From Monocercomonoides exilis PA203 (Eukaryota; Protista; Preaxostyla): DNA of 64,000 nucleotides. The stretch lies in NCBI GenBank assembly GCA_001643675.2, contig LSRY02000014.1, positions 620,001 through 684,000 on the forward strand. Direction: 5' to 3'. A model generated the notes under the pieces. The model saw only the letters and a program-made list of their open reading frames with translations, ran no database searches and had not been told where the DNA came from. The position numbers and the translations under genes were made by a program. Positions 47,101 through 60,528 of this stretch are shown piece after piece (the first letter of the stretch is position 1; every line of letters begins with the position of its first letter).

Positions 47101-49233
47101 GAAGAAGCGAAGAAGAAGATTCAGGAGAGGCAGCAGAAGGCGAAGCAGAAAGTGGAAGAAGAAAGGCGAAAGAAGGAAGAGAACGACTCAAAAGAGAAAG
47201 AGAAGAAAGAGAAAGAGAGAAAAGACGCTGCAAAACAGAGCGGAGAAGGAGAAGGCAATGGAAAGAAGGCAGAAAAGGAAGAGTCAAAAGGAGAAATGAT
47301 GAAAAAGAAAGACGAAGACAACAACAAAAAAGAGAACAATGAAAACACTTCATCAGCTTCTGCTTCTGCTTCTTCTTCTTCTTCTTCTTCTGAGAATGCA
47401 AATGGAAGTGTTCCACAGACACAACAGGAACAGCCAATCATTCCATCTTCAGCAGATGAACAGACAGCTGCCACACAAAATGCATCTGATTCTTCTGCTT
47501 CTGCTTCTTCTTCCTCTTCCTCTTCATCAACATCCACTCCAACAGAATCCCAACAGCCACCTCAATCTTCTTCTTCTTCTTCTTCTTCATCTTCCTCTTC
47601 CTCTCCTCCTCCTCTCCCACCTCCAAAGATCGAACCCAAACGACCGAAGAAGCGGCGCGAGGTAGTTTCATTGGACTTTGACGATGATGGAGACGATGCT
47701 GTGATGGACTTGGGAGGCACAACCAATCTTGACCAGATGATTGGGCTGGGCATCGGGCAGAGCCATGTCTATGCCCACCAGACGAAGTACGAAGGGATGG
47801 TGACTGCTGAAGACGTGCTGGGATCAAGCGCTGAAGACGGCATTTCTCTGCTCCCTTCAACTGTCACAGCTGCGACGGATGCGTCTGCTGCTTCTTCTTC
47901 AATGTCATCATCATCTTCATCATCTTCATCATCTTCATCTGCCTCTTCTTCTGCTTCGGGTGATGTTAAATTCTTCCCTGTTCACAAAGCACCGCCAGAA
48001 GCGCCTAAACCGCTGAGCGCAGAAGAGGCAGGGCTGGCAAGTGTGACATTTGCACACAAAACACAAACAGTTGACTCAATGTTTGCTTCATCATCATCAT
48101 CATCATCTTCTTCTTCTTCTTCTTCCTCTGCTTCTTCCTCTTCTTCATCAGCATCAGCCTCTGCCTCATCTTCCAGTTCACTTTCTGCTTCAGCTGACAG
48201 CTCTAATCCCGATGTGATGTCTTCCATGTCCTCCAGCTCCTCTTCTGCTGGCGCTGCTGATGATTCTCTTTCAGACATTGACAACTTTGTGATGGCAGAC
48301 TCCACAGACTACGGAGATATACGAGCTCAGCACTTAGCAGCCATCCAGGAGGCAGCGGCGATGGCAATGGAGTCTGAGCAGCTGACGGCCGAAGAGAGAG
48401 AAGAAATGAAGCGGAAGCAGATGGACGCGCAGCTCACAGAAGACGAGATAGAAGGCGTGGACTTTGAGAACGTGCCTATTTGGGAGTGCCATCTGCCGCC
48501 TGTGTTTCTTCCGTACATGACAATCGACTGTGTTGTGAACGACAAGAACATCTGGGGCAACATGCAGCACTTGGACCCTTCTCTGATTGAATACGACTTG
48601 GAGAACGAAGAGCACTGGTCCCCTCTCTTCTGCGAGGTGTTTCCAGAGAGCTCAATTGCCGAGCAGTATCCGATACGCCCTTTCTTCGAGGTTGGGCTGG
48701 ACAAGATCCGCATCCCCACGCCTGTTTCCTCTGCGCGTGTGGAGGCGCTGGAGAAGGAGATCTACATTGAGCTCAAAGTGGGAATACTCAACTGGAGGCA
48801 CACGAGGTACATGAAGACGGGGTGGCTGCCGGAGATGGATGCGCATCTGCGGAACGGGCTGATCACATATGAGTATCAGGACTTGACAGGGATCCCAAAT
48901 CCGCTTGGGCTGACAGCGTGGAAGAGCGATGTGTCACGGGTGATTCCACAAGGGTGCAACTTTGTGGGTATTCCCATCCATTTCTGCTATGCTGACCCGA
49001 AGAAGATCAGACACTACATCATCGACCACTTCGACCTGCACTCGCACAAGTCGAAGAACGCGAAGTTCTCCTTTGGGACGTACGTTTGCGCACATTATGG
49101 AAACGTCAGCAGCGTCTGGGTGTATGTGGCACTTGTCACACCTGTGAAGGAAGAGGAGGCGACGAAGCGGAAAGGAGCTTCAGGCGGACCGAAAGTGGGG
49201 GCAGGAATGCCGACGATTAAGCGCAAATGGTGA
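44190..49233 (+). CDS. CEP76/CC2D2A-family protein with multiple C2 domains and a transglutaminase-like domain; exons 44190-44206, 44280-44636, 44717-44799, 44878-44954, 45076-49233
   Basis: Four GT-AG introns maintain the frame and rebuild a C2 domain (NLKPADVLTTDPYLVF...HLKIDAWNSN..GYLGEAKI). Further C2 motifs (NAYVTVEW..TRVVMEDLNPIFNE, VFDSNDSGNDFLG). KGDDEDHSILLCSLLL..DAYLCLG..HVWVMT..FWETTAG and C-terminal SVWVYVA resemble CEP76. Confidence 0.85.
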
Positions 49234-50130
49234 AAGTGAATGAGAGGTGGGGGGGGGGGGTGGAAAAGGAGGGAGATATGTTGAGGATTATCAATTATGC
49301 ACATTTTGACATGTAATGATGCGTTTAATAATAATAAAAATATAAAAAAAGCGATTCTTTCAATAAAATAAAATATTAATTTAATTTAATTTTGTTTTGT
49401 TTGTTTTATTTTGAGCTGTTCTGTTTTAACGTAGTTTGATTTTTTTGTACTTTTTTTCTGTCTAAAATGGTTTGTGTACTCAAAATTCAATGTGAGTTTA
49501 TTATGAGCATGTTCTATCCAAATATAACAATTATTGAGCAAAAGTTCTGAATGCTTATTCATTAAAGTTGAAATTTCTAAAACATTTAGGTATTTTTTCT
49601 TTTCCTGATGTTTTGGAGATTTTTTATTTTTTTAAATTCTGGTTGTGTGCTTTGACTTGGTTAGAATGAACATGTAGATGTTTTCGAGATTAGATTTGTG
49701 TTACAAGCTCAATTCTTGGCCTGTGTCCATATCAATCTGTAATTTATTTGCTGAATAATTATATTTGTAATGTTTATTTTCCTCCTTTTAGAGAGATTAT
49801 TACAATCTCTTTTATCTGTTTGAATTTACTAATTTCCACTTCAAATAATTCTATCTGTTCAACTCATCTATTTTATTTTATGTTTCTTATTTTAAATGAG
49901 TTTTTAAGTTTTGGATGAAAATGAATAAGCGATTATTTTTTGTCCAATTGTTTGATGACGTTTCTCCACCCAATAATCTTTAAAAAATAGAGTTAAAATT
50001 AATTTTATTGTAATGCTGAAATAAATGAATTTGATGTTAAAAACTTTGTCACTGATCGGACTTGACCATATTTCCACCTTTTTCAGCTTCAGAATCTTTT
50101 TTTGAAGATTTTTAAGTAGTAAGCCAAAAG

Positions 50131-52144
50131 ATGGGGCCAATGATAAGCATGCCGGAGAGCCAATCGATTGCAGAATTGCTGGATCGAGAGGCACCTCTGG
50201 AAGAATTTTTGAACGATGATACTTTTCTTACAGAGTTATTACATGGAAATCAAAGATTAAAGACTTAGTTTGATCAATTTAGCAAATGTTTACTAATTAA
50301 ATATACCGTATATAACGTTTTGTCACAAAATTTATTTTATGTAAGTTGTTCAAAAGCTGAAAATATCGAAAGTTTATTCAAATATCTTGCAAATGACTCT
50401 GCTATCGATGATGAGGAACATCAATATAAATTACCGTACTTAGCATCATCTGTTCTGTCAGATTCGAGCAAGCTTATTAAGGAAGCTATTTCAACAAACG
50501 AAGGAATCAATACTCTTTTAAATCTTTTTGATGGATCTCGTCATCTTAACGGTTCGTTGCTGACAAATATTAAAACAGTTTTTACAAATGCATGCAGTGC
50601 AGCTCCGGAGAAGGTTTTTACCAATCTTATGTTATCATTATTATTTTCATCTTTGCTTTTTAAAGTTCTCATCACGTTTTGCTGAAGAAAGAATTTTTGA
50701 ACGAAGTAGCATGCATATCAATTATTTGTCTTTTTGTGAAATTGTTGTTGAGATGCTGAGAGAGCTATGGAAAAGCAGCGGTCCACATGCTCTGCAAAGA
50801 TATCTGATTCGAATTAACTACGTTCCTCATCTTTTGAAACTGATGCGTCAGACTACTGATCCTCAAATTTGTAGTAACATCGCTTTTATGCTTCGCACTG
50901 CTCTATCTTTGTTTTTGCCTTCTCCTCCAATCAACCCGTCTCCAATTGCGCTCCATGCAGACGGATCTTTGTTTGAAATGCCTGGAACTATTCCAACAGC
51001 TCCTCCTTTTCAGCCAGCACCCATGTGCGTGGTGAATCTGATGAAGGAAACACCTGAACTTGAGCAGCTTTGGTGGGCTCTGTGTTTTGGAGATTCTTCG
51101 GCTAGTTGCATTGAGTTAAAAGACAACAAAGACACCACTTCAAAAACCAAAAATGCAACTGATGGAGAAAAAGACTCCAAAAATGGTTCAGAAACTTCGA
51201 CTTCTGCCGGAAGTGACGACAAAGAAGACAAAGAAAAGCAGTCTTCTGAGTCAAAGACAGAGGATAAAGGCAGCAAAGTGACAATAGCGCAGATCCACTG
51301 CCTGAATGTGCTGTCGTATTTGATGGAGACTGTGATGAAGGAGAAAGAGGCAGAAGAAGAAGAGCCTACGCTTTCGATGAGCCAGCGAAAGAAGAAAGTT
51401 GCGAGACTCGAAAGAAAATTGGCCAGAAAAGCAGCAAAAGCAAAGGCGAAAGCTGAGAAGGCCGAGAAAGAGGCGAAAGAAGCGAAGAAGAAGAAAGAAG
51501 AAGCTGAAAAAGAAGAAAAGAAAGAAAAGAAAGAAAGTGAAAACAAAAAAGATGAGGATGATCAGAAGGAAGAGAAGACAGAGAAAGCAGAAGGTGACGA
51601 AGCCAAAGCCGAAACAGAAGAGAAAAAGGATAAAGAAGAAAACAAGGATGCGGCAACAGACGATGAAGAGACAGAAGAAGCAGAAAGAGATGAAGACGAC
51701 GATGAGGAAGAAGAAGAGGATGACGACGACGACGATGATGATGATGATGAGGAAGAAGACGACGAAGACGGGAATGATGCTGATGAGTGGGATGATGTGA
51801 CCTCGCGCAGGCTGTCTCGAATGGGCGGGTACAATCCGATGGCGAAGAAGAAGCCGAAGAAGAAGAAGAAGAGCATTCAGCTGGCTCAGCTGCCTATTTC
51901 TGAGCAGAAAGTGTTTCTGAAGTCGCTTTCGACTTATCCGCTTTTGGAGTTCGTGCACGACCCAATCGTGAACAACCTGACGTCGTTTATTCCGCTGCTC
52001 CTCACTCCACATTCACTGCGGGTGGGGGTGCTTAGAATTAAAAGTGTGTTATTTTTGATTATTGATTGCTATCATCAAAATGTTATGCTTATTATTTTTT
52101 TATATAAATATTTATTTTGTTTTATTCTCATCCTTTTATTTATT

Positions 52145-52204
<60 letters not shown>

Positions 52205-54686
52205 TATCTCTTTCAATGCAACCCATTTGTTATCCTCAGTCGTCCAAATCATCTCATCGCTGTATCGCATCAACAGCTACGATGCTGCCCTTGATCACGC
52301 CATGATGCAGCGCCTGGCTGCCTTCCAGCCACCCACCCCTTCTTTCTCCCCTGCTCCTTCTCCTCCTTTCCTCTCTGTTTCTGTCCCTCTCACTGCCACC
52401 TCTCCTCCTCCGTCGTATGCCTCTTCATCTTCTTCTTCTTCCTCTTCCTCTTCTCTTGCTGAACCTGTGGCACATTCTGAGTCATTTGCTCTGCCTCTCC
52501 CCCAGTCACCTCCTCTTCCTCTGACTTCTGAGTTTGCAGCTATGTCAATCACACCTTCATCTACTTCCTCATCTTCAACAACAACATCATCATCAACCAA
52601 CTCTTCTTCCTCTTCCTCTTCCTCTGACTGCAACATCACCATCAAAACAGCACCTGCCTCGTCGTGTGCCTCTCCTTCCCCAATCTTCCCATCACCTGAG
52701 CCTTCTCCCTTCGCAGATGTTCTTCCCCCGCCTCCTCCTCCTTCTCCTTTCCCCGTTCCTTCCCCTCATCTGGCTTCTTCTCCGTCTGTTTTCATTCCAA
52801 ACTTCCAATTCTCTCCTTCTTCTTCTTCCTCTTCTCTTTCTTCCACCTCTTCCACCTCTTCTCTCTTGCACTCAACACTCTCCTCTGCTTACACCCTTCC
52901 CTCTGATCCTCTCGCTGCTGATGCCCCTTCTGTTCTCAGCTCTCTTCTTGCTCTCTTTTTCCGCTTTCCCAACAGCTCCATCCTACTCAACGACATCGCT
53001 GCCATCTTCACAGCAGTCATTTCGAGAAAGCCGTCGATTTTGTGCGAGGCGCAGGCAGAGTATGAGAGCAAAGTGATGAAAATTGAAGGAGAAGGGAAGG
53101 AAGGGAAAGAAGGAAAATGCGAACAGAACAAAGAAGTGAATGAGAAAGAGAAAGAAACAAAGGAGAAGGAGAAGGAAAAGAACAGTGAAATCGACAAAAC
53201 ATCGACCAAAGATGACAAAGAAGAGAATGAAGAAGCATCAAATGATAATACAGCTAACAACAACGGAGGAAAGAAGAAGCAAAAGAAGAAGGGAAACAAA
53301 GGCAAAGCGCAAGCAGCAGAGAAAGAAGAGAGTGCAAAAGAAGAAGAAAACGAGAAGGAGGCAGAGAAGAACAAGAAGAAAGAAGAAGCCAAATTGGAAG
53401 GGGATGTGCTGAAGTCGAAGCTTTTGTGGGGTTCCCACTCGTTCTTCGAGACAGCACTGAAAGAGAAGAGCAAAGCAGCAGCAACTCTTCCTGGTGTGCC
53501 ATCAACATCCAGCTTCTCTTCTCTCTCGACTGTGTCCTCTTCTTCCTCTTCCATTTCGGCTTCTCCATCTTCTTCTTCTTCCTCCTCCTCCTCTTCCTCT
53601 TCCTCCTCTGCTGTTGCACCTCTCTCTGAGGAGGAGAAGTTCCTGTCGACTTTGATGTATGCAACAGGGCAGACGGGGCTTGTGACGCTGCTGATGAGGT
53701 TCTTTGGGAAGGAGAAGGAAGAAGTGCAAAAATGGAACCAGAATCTGAAGAAGAAGAAGAACGAGATCACAGAAATTCTGAGGGAGAAGCCGCAGCTGAC
53801 GAACATTTTTGACGAAGGAGAAGGGCAGAGCGGGAAAGGGAAGAAGAAGAAGAACAGGAAGAACAGGAAGAAGAAAGCAGCAGATAGCAATGCGAATGAC
53901 GAGAAGGACGAAGAGTCAGATGGGAAAGACGACGAAAAAGACGAGAAAGACGATAAAACCGCAAAAACCGAAGCAAAAGAAGATGAGATAAAAGAAGCCA
54001 AATCCACCAAAACCAACAAACAGCCAGCGAAGTCCTGTGGAGAAGGTGCTTTGTCGAGCACTCCTCAGAACAGCTGTGTCACTCCGTCGCCCAGCCCCAC
54101 TGCCAACACGACGTCTTCGCTGATGTCTGCACATGCTGCTATTTCTGCGTTCCATCTGCCTTCTCTTCGGTCTTCCCCGCTCTTTGCCCACTGTATTATG
54201 ATCACAGACCTGCTGCTGAAGCAGTTTGAGGTGAAAGAGGAGAAGAGGAAGGAGAAGAAGAAGGAGATGGACAGGAAGCGGAAGAAGCAGCAGCAGAAGG
54301 AGAAGCGGAAGCAGAAGGACGAAGAAAAGAAGAACAGGAACAAAGGCAAAGGTGGTGGGAATGTAAATGGGAATGGAAATGGAAACGGGAAAGGAAAGAA
54401 CAAGAAAGGAGAGGCGAGTGAATGTGACGAAAAGGAGACGGACAAATGTGAGGAGCTGAAAGAAGAGGCAGAAGACGAAGAAGAAGCTGAATGCAGCGCA
54501 GCCCAAATGCTCGATGACGAAGAAGGAGACGACGAGACAGCGACGGCAGACGGAAAGATGCGGCTTGCAGAGCGGCAGAAGCTGAAGGAGCACTTCAACC
54601 GGAGAGGGAAGAAGGAAATTGAGAACCAGCACTCTGTCTCAGAATACCCGAAGCCTGTTGAGTCGCGCTCGCTAATGATGAACTGA
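50131..54686 (+). CDS. SIT4-associated (SAPS/PP6 regulatory subunit-like) protein with large low-complexity insertions; exons 50131-50267, 50346-50613, 50666-52043, 52240-54686
   Basis: Spliced IAELLDREAPLEEFLNDD..ELLHGNQRLKTY, QYKLPYLASSVL, VGVLRIKIVQIISSL and LFFRFPNSSILLN resemble SAPS-family blocks. Three frame-consistent GT-AG introns. Confidence 0.75.
52149..52200 (+). repeat. (TC)26 microsatellite within intron 52044-52239
   Basis: Direct reading. Confidence 0.95.
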
Positions 54687-55398
54687 TTGTGGAAAGTTTT
54701 TTTTTCGGAACTTATTCAAGCATTCAATTCTTTTCGTTTCTTATCTTTAAAATAAAGAGAGAGAAAAAGAGAAAGAGAGAAAGAGAGAAAGAGAAAGAGA
54801 GATTGAGAGATTGAGAGAGAGAAAGAAGGAGGGAGAATGAGATTTAAATTAGTTAGATTAATTGCCTTTCATCTTCGAAATCGCTTGTGCATAAGAGGAA
54901 GCAAGGCAATATTTGTTCGAGTGTTTCGCTTTGAAGAATTTGCTTTGCTTTTTAACCTGTTTCTCATATTGAATATGAGATTTCTCTTGCTTTTATATAT
55001 TGTTAACGGTACTTATCTTTACATTTCCCAGTTTATTAGCATTGTTCTTTTACAAAAGTGCAATTTTGCCAAATTCTTTGTTCTCACTTCTCAATTCCTC
55101 ATTTCCTCATTTCCTGAGATTATTATTTTGTATTTTGTATATTTTATTACTCCTCTTGTAAAACTTATGCTCTTGCGATGATGCGGGAGGCAATGATCCC
55201 TCAAATACTTTGCTTTCTTCTTCTTTCTTTCTTTCTTCATTTTTTTATTGTTTCCAGTTTCTTTAACTCAGATTCAGAGAATTCCAAGCTGAATTTCACA
55301 AATAAATGATGTGAGAAATGTGGAGAAAATGAAGTGAAATAATAATGAAATGGATTAATTGAGGTGATTTACGTTCTGAAATGGTTGCAATTGAAATG

Positions 55399-56158
55399 TT
55401 AATTGATCATTGTTGCGACAAAGTGTTCATAAGTGAATGTTTTTGTTCGGTTATCAATTGGTAGTGCCTTCATGAGATCTTTCAATTCCTCATCGCTTGG
55501 AGGATCTGGCGCATACTTTTGAAGAAATTCGATTATGCAATCTACAGAAACAGTACCCGTTCCTCTCAACGATGGATCACTGTCAGTTCGAGAAACAACT
55601 GAAAGAGCATGTAAAACTTCTTCAGATGAATATTTGCATCTTCCACTTCGTCTAAAACCTTCAATAAATTCTTCTGGATCAATTTCTGAATACATAAAAA
55701 TCTGAAGTGTTTCATTGGACTGAAAATCTTGCTCATACCCCCATTTCCATCTTCATCAATTTGATTAATAATTCTTTCCATTTCTGCCTCACTTGAAGCA
55801 ACTTTCAATTTCATCTTAAGAATCAACAAATACGAATTACAAACAAAAATAAATGTCAAACCATGACTTCCTTTAATTCATCTCGATCAATAGTACCACC
55901 TCCATCCGCATCAACCACAGTAAAAAGCTCTAATAACTCTTCATCAGTTAAATCACTAAACATTGCGTCTTTTCCTTCGGTTTTATCTCCACTTGCTGAA
56001 TTGGAGCCATCTTTTCCACTAATTTCTTGAGATTTTCCGTGCGATAAAAACGCCTGCGAAACTGATGCACTAATTTTTGGTGAGGTTAAAGGCTGTTTTA
56101 TTGGGGTAATAGGTACTTGTTTTTTTGAAGGAGAAAAAGCTCTTTTAGGAGAACTCAT
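55399..56158 (-). CDS. Calmodulin/centrin-like EF-hand protein (~219 aa); exons 56158-55862, 55814-55739, 55685-55399
   Basis: EF loops DADGGGTIDRDEL and spliced DEDGNGEIDPEEF; degenerate third and fourth hands; 47- and 53-bp introns; Ser/Pro/Lys N-terminal extension. Confidence 0.88.
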
Positions 56159-56700
56159 AAAAAAAAACACTGAACAAAAAATATTGTTATGGCTGGAAAT
56201 AATCATGGAAATTACGATTTTTTTTTTTTAATAAACAACAGTGAATAAATATTATCTATTTTATTTAAAAACAAATTAATTAATTAATAAGTTTTTGGCT
56301 CAACTTTCACTATTCGTAAAATTAATTGAATTTTTTGATGATGAAAAACAAAATTTAAAGATATTCAAGATTGCGATAAACTTTTATATCTCAATAGTTT
56401 CATTCATTAAGTAAATAACATTTGTCAATTTTTTTCCCCAAGTGAATGACATTTCATTGTGAGTTTTGTGTTTTTCTTAACACAATCTGGAAGAATTTGG
56501 GAACAATTGAATGCAAAGATAAAAATAAAATATGTAAAGCTATTGTGATGAACAATATTTTGTTTTGTCGTATGAATTACTGTATGTTACAGCTCTTTTA
56601 TCACTTAAAATAAATGTTTGTCATTCTTAATTTTGTTGAATTAAAAAAATTGTAAAAACGAACTGAAAAAATATATATATGACACAAAATTCTTAAAAAA

Positions 56701-57956
56701 TTATTCTTCGAGTTCATCATCCAGTATCAATAAGTCTGTTCCCTTTTTTGAGGTTGGTGCTTGCTCGATCCAGTCACGGCTAACTTGTTGAGGCTTTGCA
56801 GTTTTTCTTCCATTTGTAAACATCATCCATATAAATTCGACTTGGCGGGCAAGCGCCAGCGCGTGATGTGCATCATGACGTACAATAACAGGAAGTGAAG
56901 TGCAGCGAGATGCTGAAGCAAGAGCTTGGCACAGCGACTGCCACAGTGTGGACCACGTTACACGGGCAGAAGGAGAAACATATATAAGAACAAGTTTGAT
57001 CCCGAGATGACTATACATTTATTAATGAAAAAAAACATTTATTTTATTGTCATTCACAAAAATTTTTAATAGCTTATTGAAAGCAGCTGTTTATCCAGGA
57101 AAGAACATCATACCATATCATTACTGATGGAATATCAAGAGGTTGGATTTTTGGTCCAGTTTTTGCTTCAGCAGCTGTTGTAGGAGATGAAGTGGATTCA
57201 CAAGGAGTTTTTGTAGCAATTTCAGAACAATCATCGAGCGTTGGCATTCTACATTTTAAATTAGTTTAAAGTAGTACACATCAAGAAAATGAAAATTCAA
57301 ACTCTATTGAAGGTTTATAGCTTTGAGAACCTTGCTTACAGCATGGAATTGTCATGTTAATGCAAGAAATTGCACATTCAAGGCATAGTTCTGATGGTAC
57401 ATATCTGAAAATTGAATGACAACATAAGATTTAAAAAAATAAAAAAAAGGCGAACGAAGGAAGCGTATCGATTCCAGTAAGTATTTCAAGTGATAAAATC
57501 GGAATAAAAGGGTGATCTGATTTTGTTATAAGTTCTATAAGGAAATGAGCCAATTTATTCTCCACTTTAAAAAAAAAAAACAATTATTTTTAAAAATAGA
57601 AAAAATTTTTTGAGCACACTCATTGCTTTCACGCAAGATTCTGAGTCAACAAGAAATAAAAATACTTGTAAAGCAAGTCCATAGCCATCATAAGCCATAT
57701 CAACCAGTTTTGTAATCAATTCAGGTTGGAGACCAATAACATTTGCCATTGCTCTGGAATATTCTGGCGATTTGCTATCCCCAAGCAATCTATTAAGCTT
57801 CATTAAAAAAAATACGTTTTTTTCTTCTTCTTCGTTTGCAATGAATTCAGTAACATATCGCCCCAAAACTGATAATCTTTCTTTTTGCTCCTCCGTAAAA
57901 GGATGAATGAGTGGATCTGATAAAAAATCAAATTGCTGTGCGTTTTGCATTGTCAT
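56701..57956 (-). CDS. Hypothetical multi-exon protein (about 5 exons)
   Basis: ORF pieces at 57567..58085 and 56701..57018 can be joined in frame through short exons bounded by GTGTGC, GTTCGC, GTTTGA and GTATGA donors and AG acceptors; no recognised domain. Confidence 0.6.
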
Positions 57957-58457
57957 AACAAAATCTAAACGATATAAATGACAATTTACTTTTGCACGAG
58001 CAATCCAATAAAAAAAAAAAGGAAAAATTGTTTTCAATAATAATAAACAATTTGGGATATCGATCAAAACAACAATCAATTGCATAAACAGAAAACATTC
58101 TTTTGAATGTATTTCTGAATTAAAGAAAGCGAAGGAAAACCATAGGTTAAGTTGACGTATCTAAGTCTTGTTAATTCTTTCGCAATGAAATTCATAATTG
58201 TGCAAACCAGAATAGATTTTTAATTATTTCAAATCATGTTTACCAGCATAATAATCAAAATTGCATGTTGTTTAAAATTAACATTAAGCTAAGCTATTCG
58301 TCTTTATTTTGGCAAATAAAAATATAAAATAATAAATAATTTAAAGATATATTTCTCAAAAATAAGTGAACTAACATTAAATTTCGTTGTCAAATCAACA
58401 ACTCAAAACGCACGGAAAATATTTCTCGTTTACAATCGATGAAGGAGTATCAATTCA

Positions 58458-59982
58458 TTAAAATAAATATTCCTCCAAACAAACGAATTGAACAGAAGCC
58501 TTTTTGAGAATAATTGGTTCAAAGCAACTAATGGCTGTGTCTTCGTATCCGTCTTCCTCCAATTTTTGACACACTTTTCTTTTAACTGAAATACGTTTTG
58601 CATCAGAATGTTCTTTGTCTGCATCCTCTTTAAGATTTTCTCTTAATATTTTAAAGAAACCAAATAAATTTCTTGTAAAGATATCGTTCAATGTTGTTTG
58701 ATGAGTTTCTTCCAAAGCGAAATCAAAAGCTTCATGAATCAACAAGGAATTAATTCCAGCAGCTGACAACTCAGAAATTTGTTCGAAAACTCGCATATAA
58801 TATCCTACAATTTTTTTATTGCGATTCCTTGCTGCTCTGCATATCCTAACGATGCATTCAATTAACTTTTCATTTTCGTCGTTCCACGAAAAGTTAAAGC
58901 TAAAAAAATACTGTTCTAATGTGATTCCCCATCTAATAATTATCATCTCTTTGCTATTGGATCTTCCATTATTATCCATTTTCGTCCAGTCTACATTTCT
59001 TGTCAGCTCGTCTAATTCTCTTTCTGTTTCTCTCGCGAAATGAAGTTCATTCACAATCACTCCCTCCAATCCACTTTCTTCGTAAAATCTGAAAATCAAA
59101 AACTCCCAAGCAGACTGATATGCAAGTTGAGAAAGATTGTGATGCTTCTGATGATGTTGGATGATTTCTTTGATCTCATTCAAATACAATTCTTGTTTCG
59201 GCTTTTTGCGCAAATTTTTTAAATTCAATAATCAACAAAATAAAAAGTTCGTACCGAAATATGTTTAAAATTGCTCAAAGCTAACAATGCAATTTCAACT
59301 TCATTTTTAACTTCATTGTTTTCTTCTTTATTCAATGCTGCTTTCAGAAGGAGAGGCATACATATTGGAATCAATGCGTCTGATATATAGCTTCCTGCTA
59401 TCTGGTCTTGCAATAAAAGATAACATTCACTAAGATCAATTAATAGTTTTTCGCTTTTCTCTTCTTGCTTCTTATTTTCGTTGATTATTTTTTTCTTTAT
59501 TTGCTTGCGCAACAAAGAATCTTCAAAACTGTCGTTCCAAATATCATTTGACGATTGGTAATATCCAATGTGCTTCAAAAATAAAATTGCATTTTCTATT
59601 GGTAATTTATTCCTTTCGATCGATTCATGAACTTCATTAAACATTTCTACAGTGAAAGCAGATTCAAAATCATTTTCATTCATTTCATCTATAAGTCTAT
59701 TCATTTCTTTGATTTTGTTCTTTTGATCAGTAGTATCACAATGTTCAAGTCGTGAAAACATATCTGAATTGAATAAGGCAAATATCACTTACTAATATTT
59801 TGAAATTTTTAAAAGAGCATACCGTTAAACTCTTCCGTTAAAGACTTCTAAATATATTTAGAAAATTTTTTGAAGAATACATGAAGATGAATTATTTATT
59901 GTTCAAATCAATTTCAAAGTGTCAACAATTATAAATTCATTAATTATACTATTTAAAATACCTCGTAATATTCTATTTGCAT
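58458..59982 (-). CDS. Hypothetical alpha-helical protein, probably of a lineage-expanded family; about 4 exons
   Basis: Spliced MQIEYYE|KSLTEEFN|DMFSRLEHC...ALSNFKHIS|PKQELYLNEIKEII..HHNLSQLAYQSAW. A 53-bp intron at 59254-59202 links ORFs 59225..59788 and 58458..59228. Resembles a multi-copy Monocercomonoides hypothetical family as I recall it (unverified). Confidence 0.7.
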
Positions 59983-60528
59983 AGTTGATTTAGAAAAAAT
60001 AAAACACAAATGATTAATATATTACAGATCAAATTTTTCTTTTATGGAGTGAAGAATTCTTTCATTTATGAAAATTTTAATGATTTGTTCCAAGCTTTTT
60101 CTGCAATCGTATGATTATGATTCAAACAATATCGTGTAATTTTAAATACAAAAATTTTAAAAATCGAAAAAAAAACTTTTAAAGAATTTTGTGGAACAAA
60201 ATTCATAAAACAAAAAATTCTTTCACATTGTGACAAAATTCTTGTATTTATAATAAAAAAACAATTATTCATTCAATCTTTTTTCTTCTAACATATCTTT
60301 TAAAGTCAAACATTCTTATGTTTTAAAGAATAAAAAAATGAGAAAAATATTAATCATTATTGTGTGGAACAAAATCCAAATGACTAATCCTTTTTGAAAT
60401 CACACTTTTGTTCGAGTTTTGACCAGAATTTTCAACTCAAATGGATTATTAAAAAATGAACTACTACGGAAAAAACATACAGCGCGTGATGATATTTAAA
60501 GAATGATACAGATCGTGCAAAAAATACC

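Noticed and set aside
57405-57464. GC-AG intron in the hypothetical gene
   Set aside because: A same-phase GT donor (GTTCGC at 57455) explains the junction
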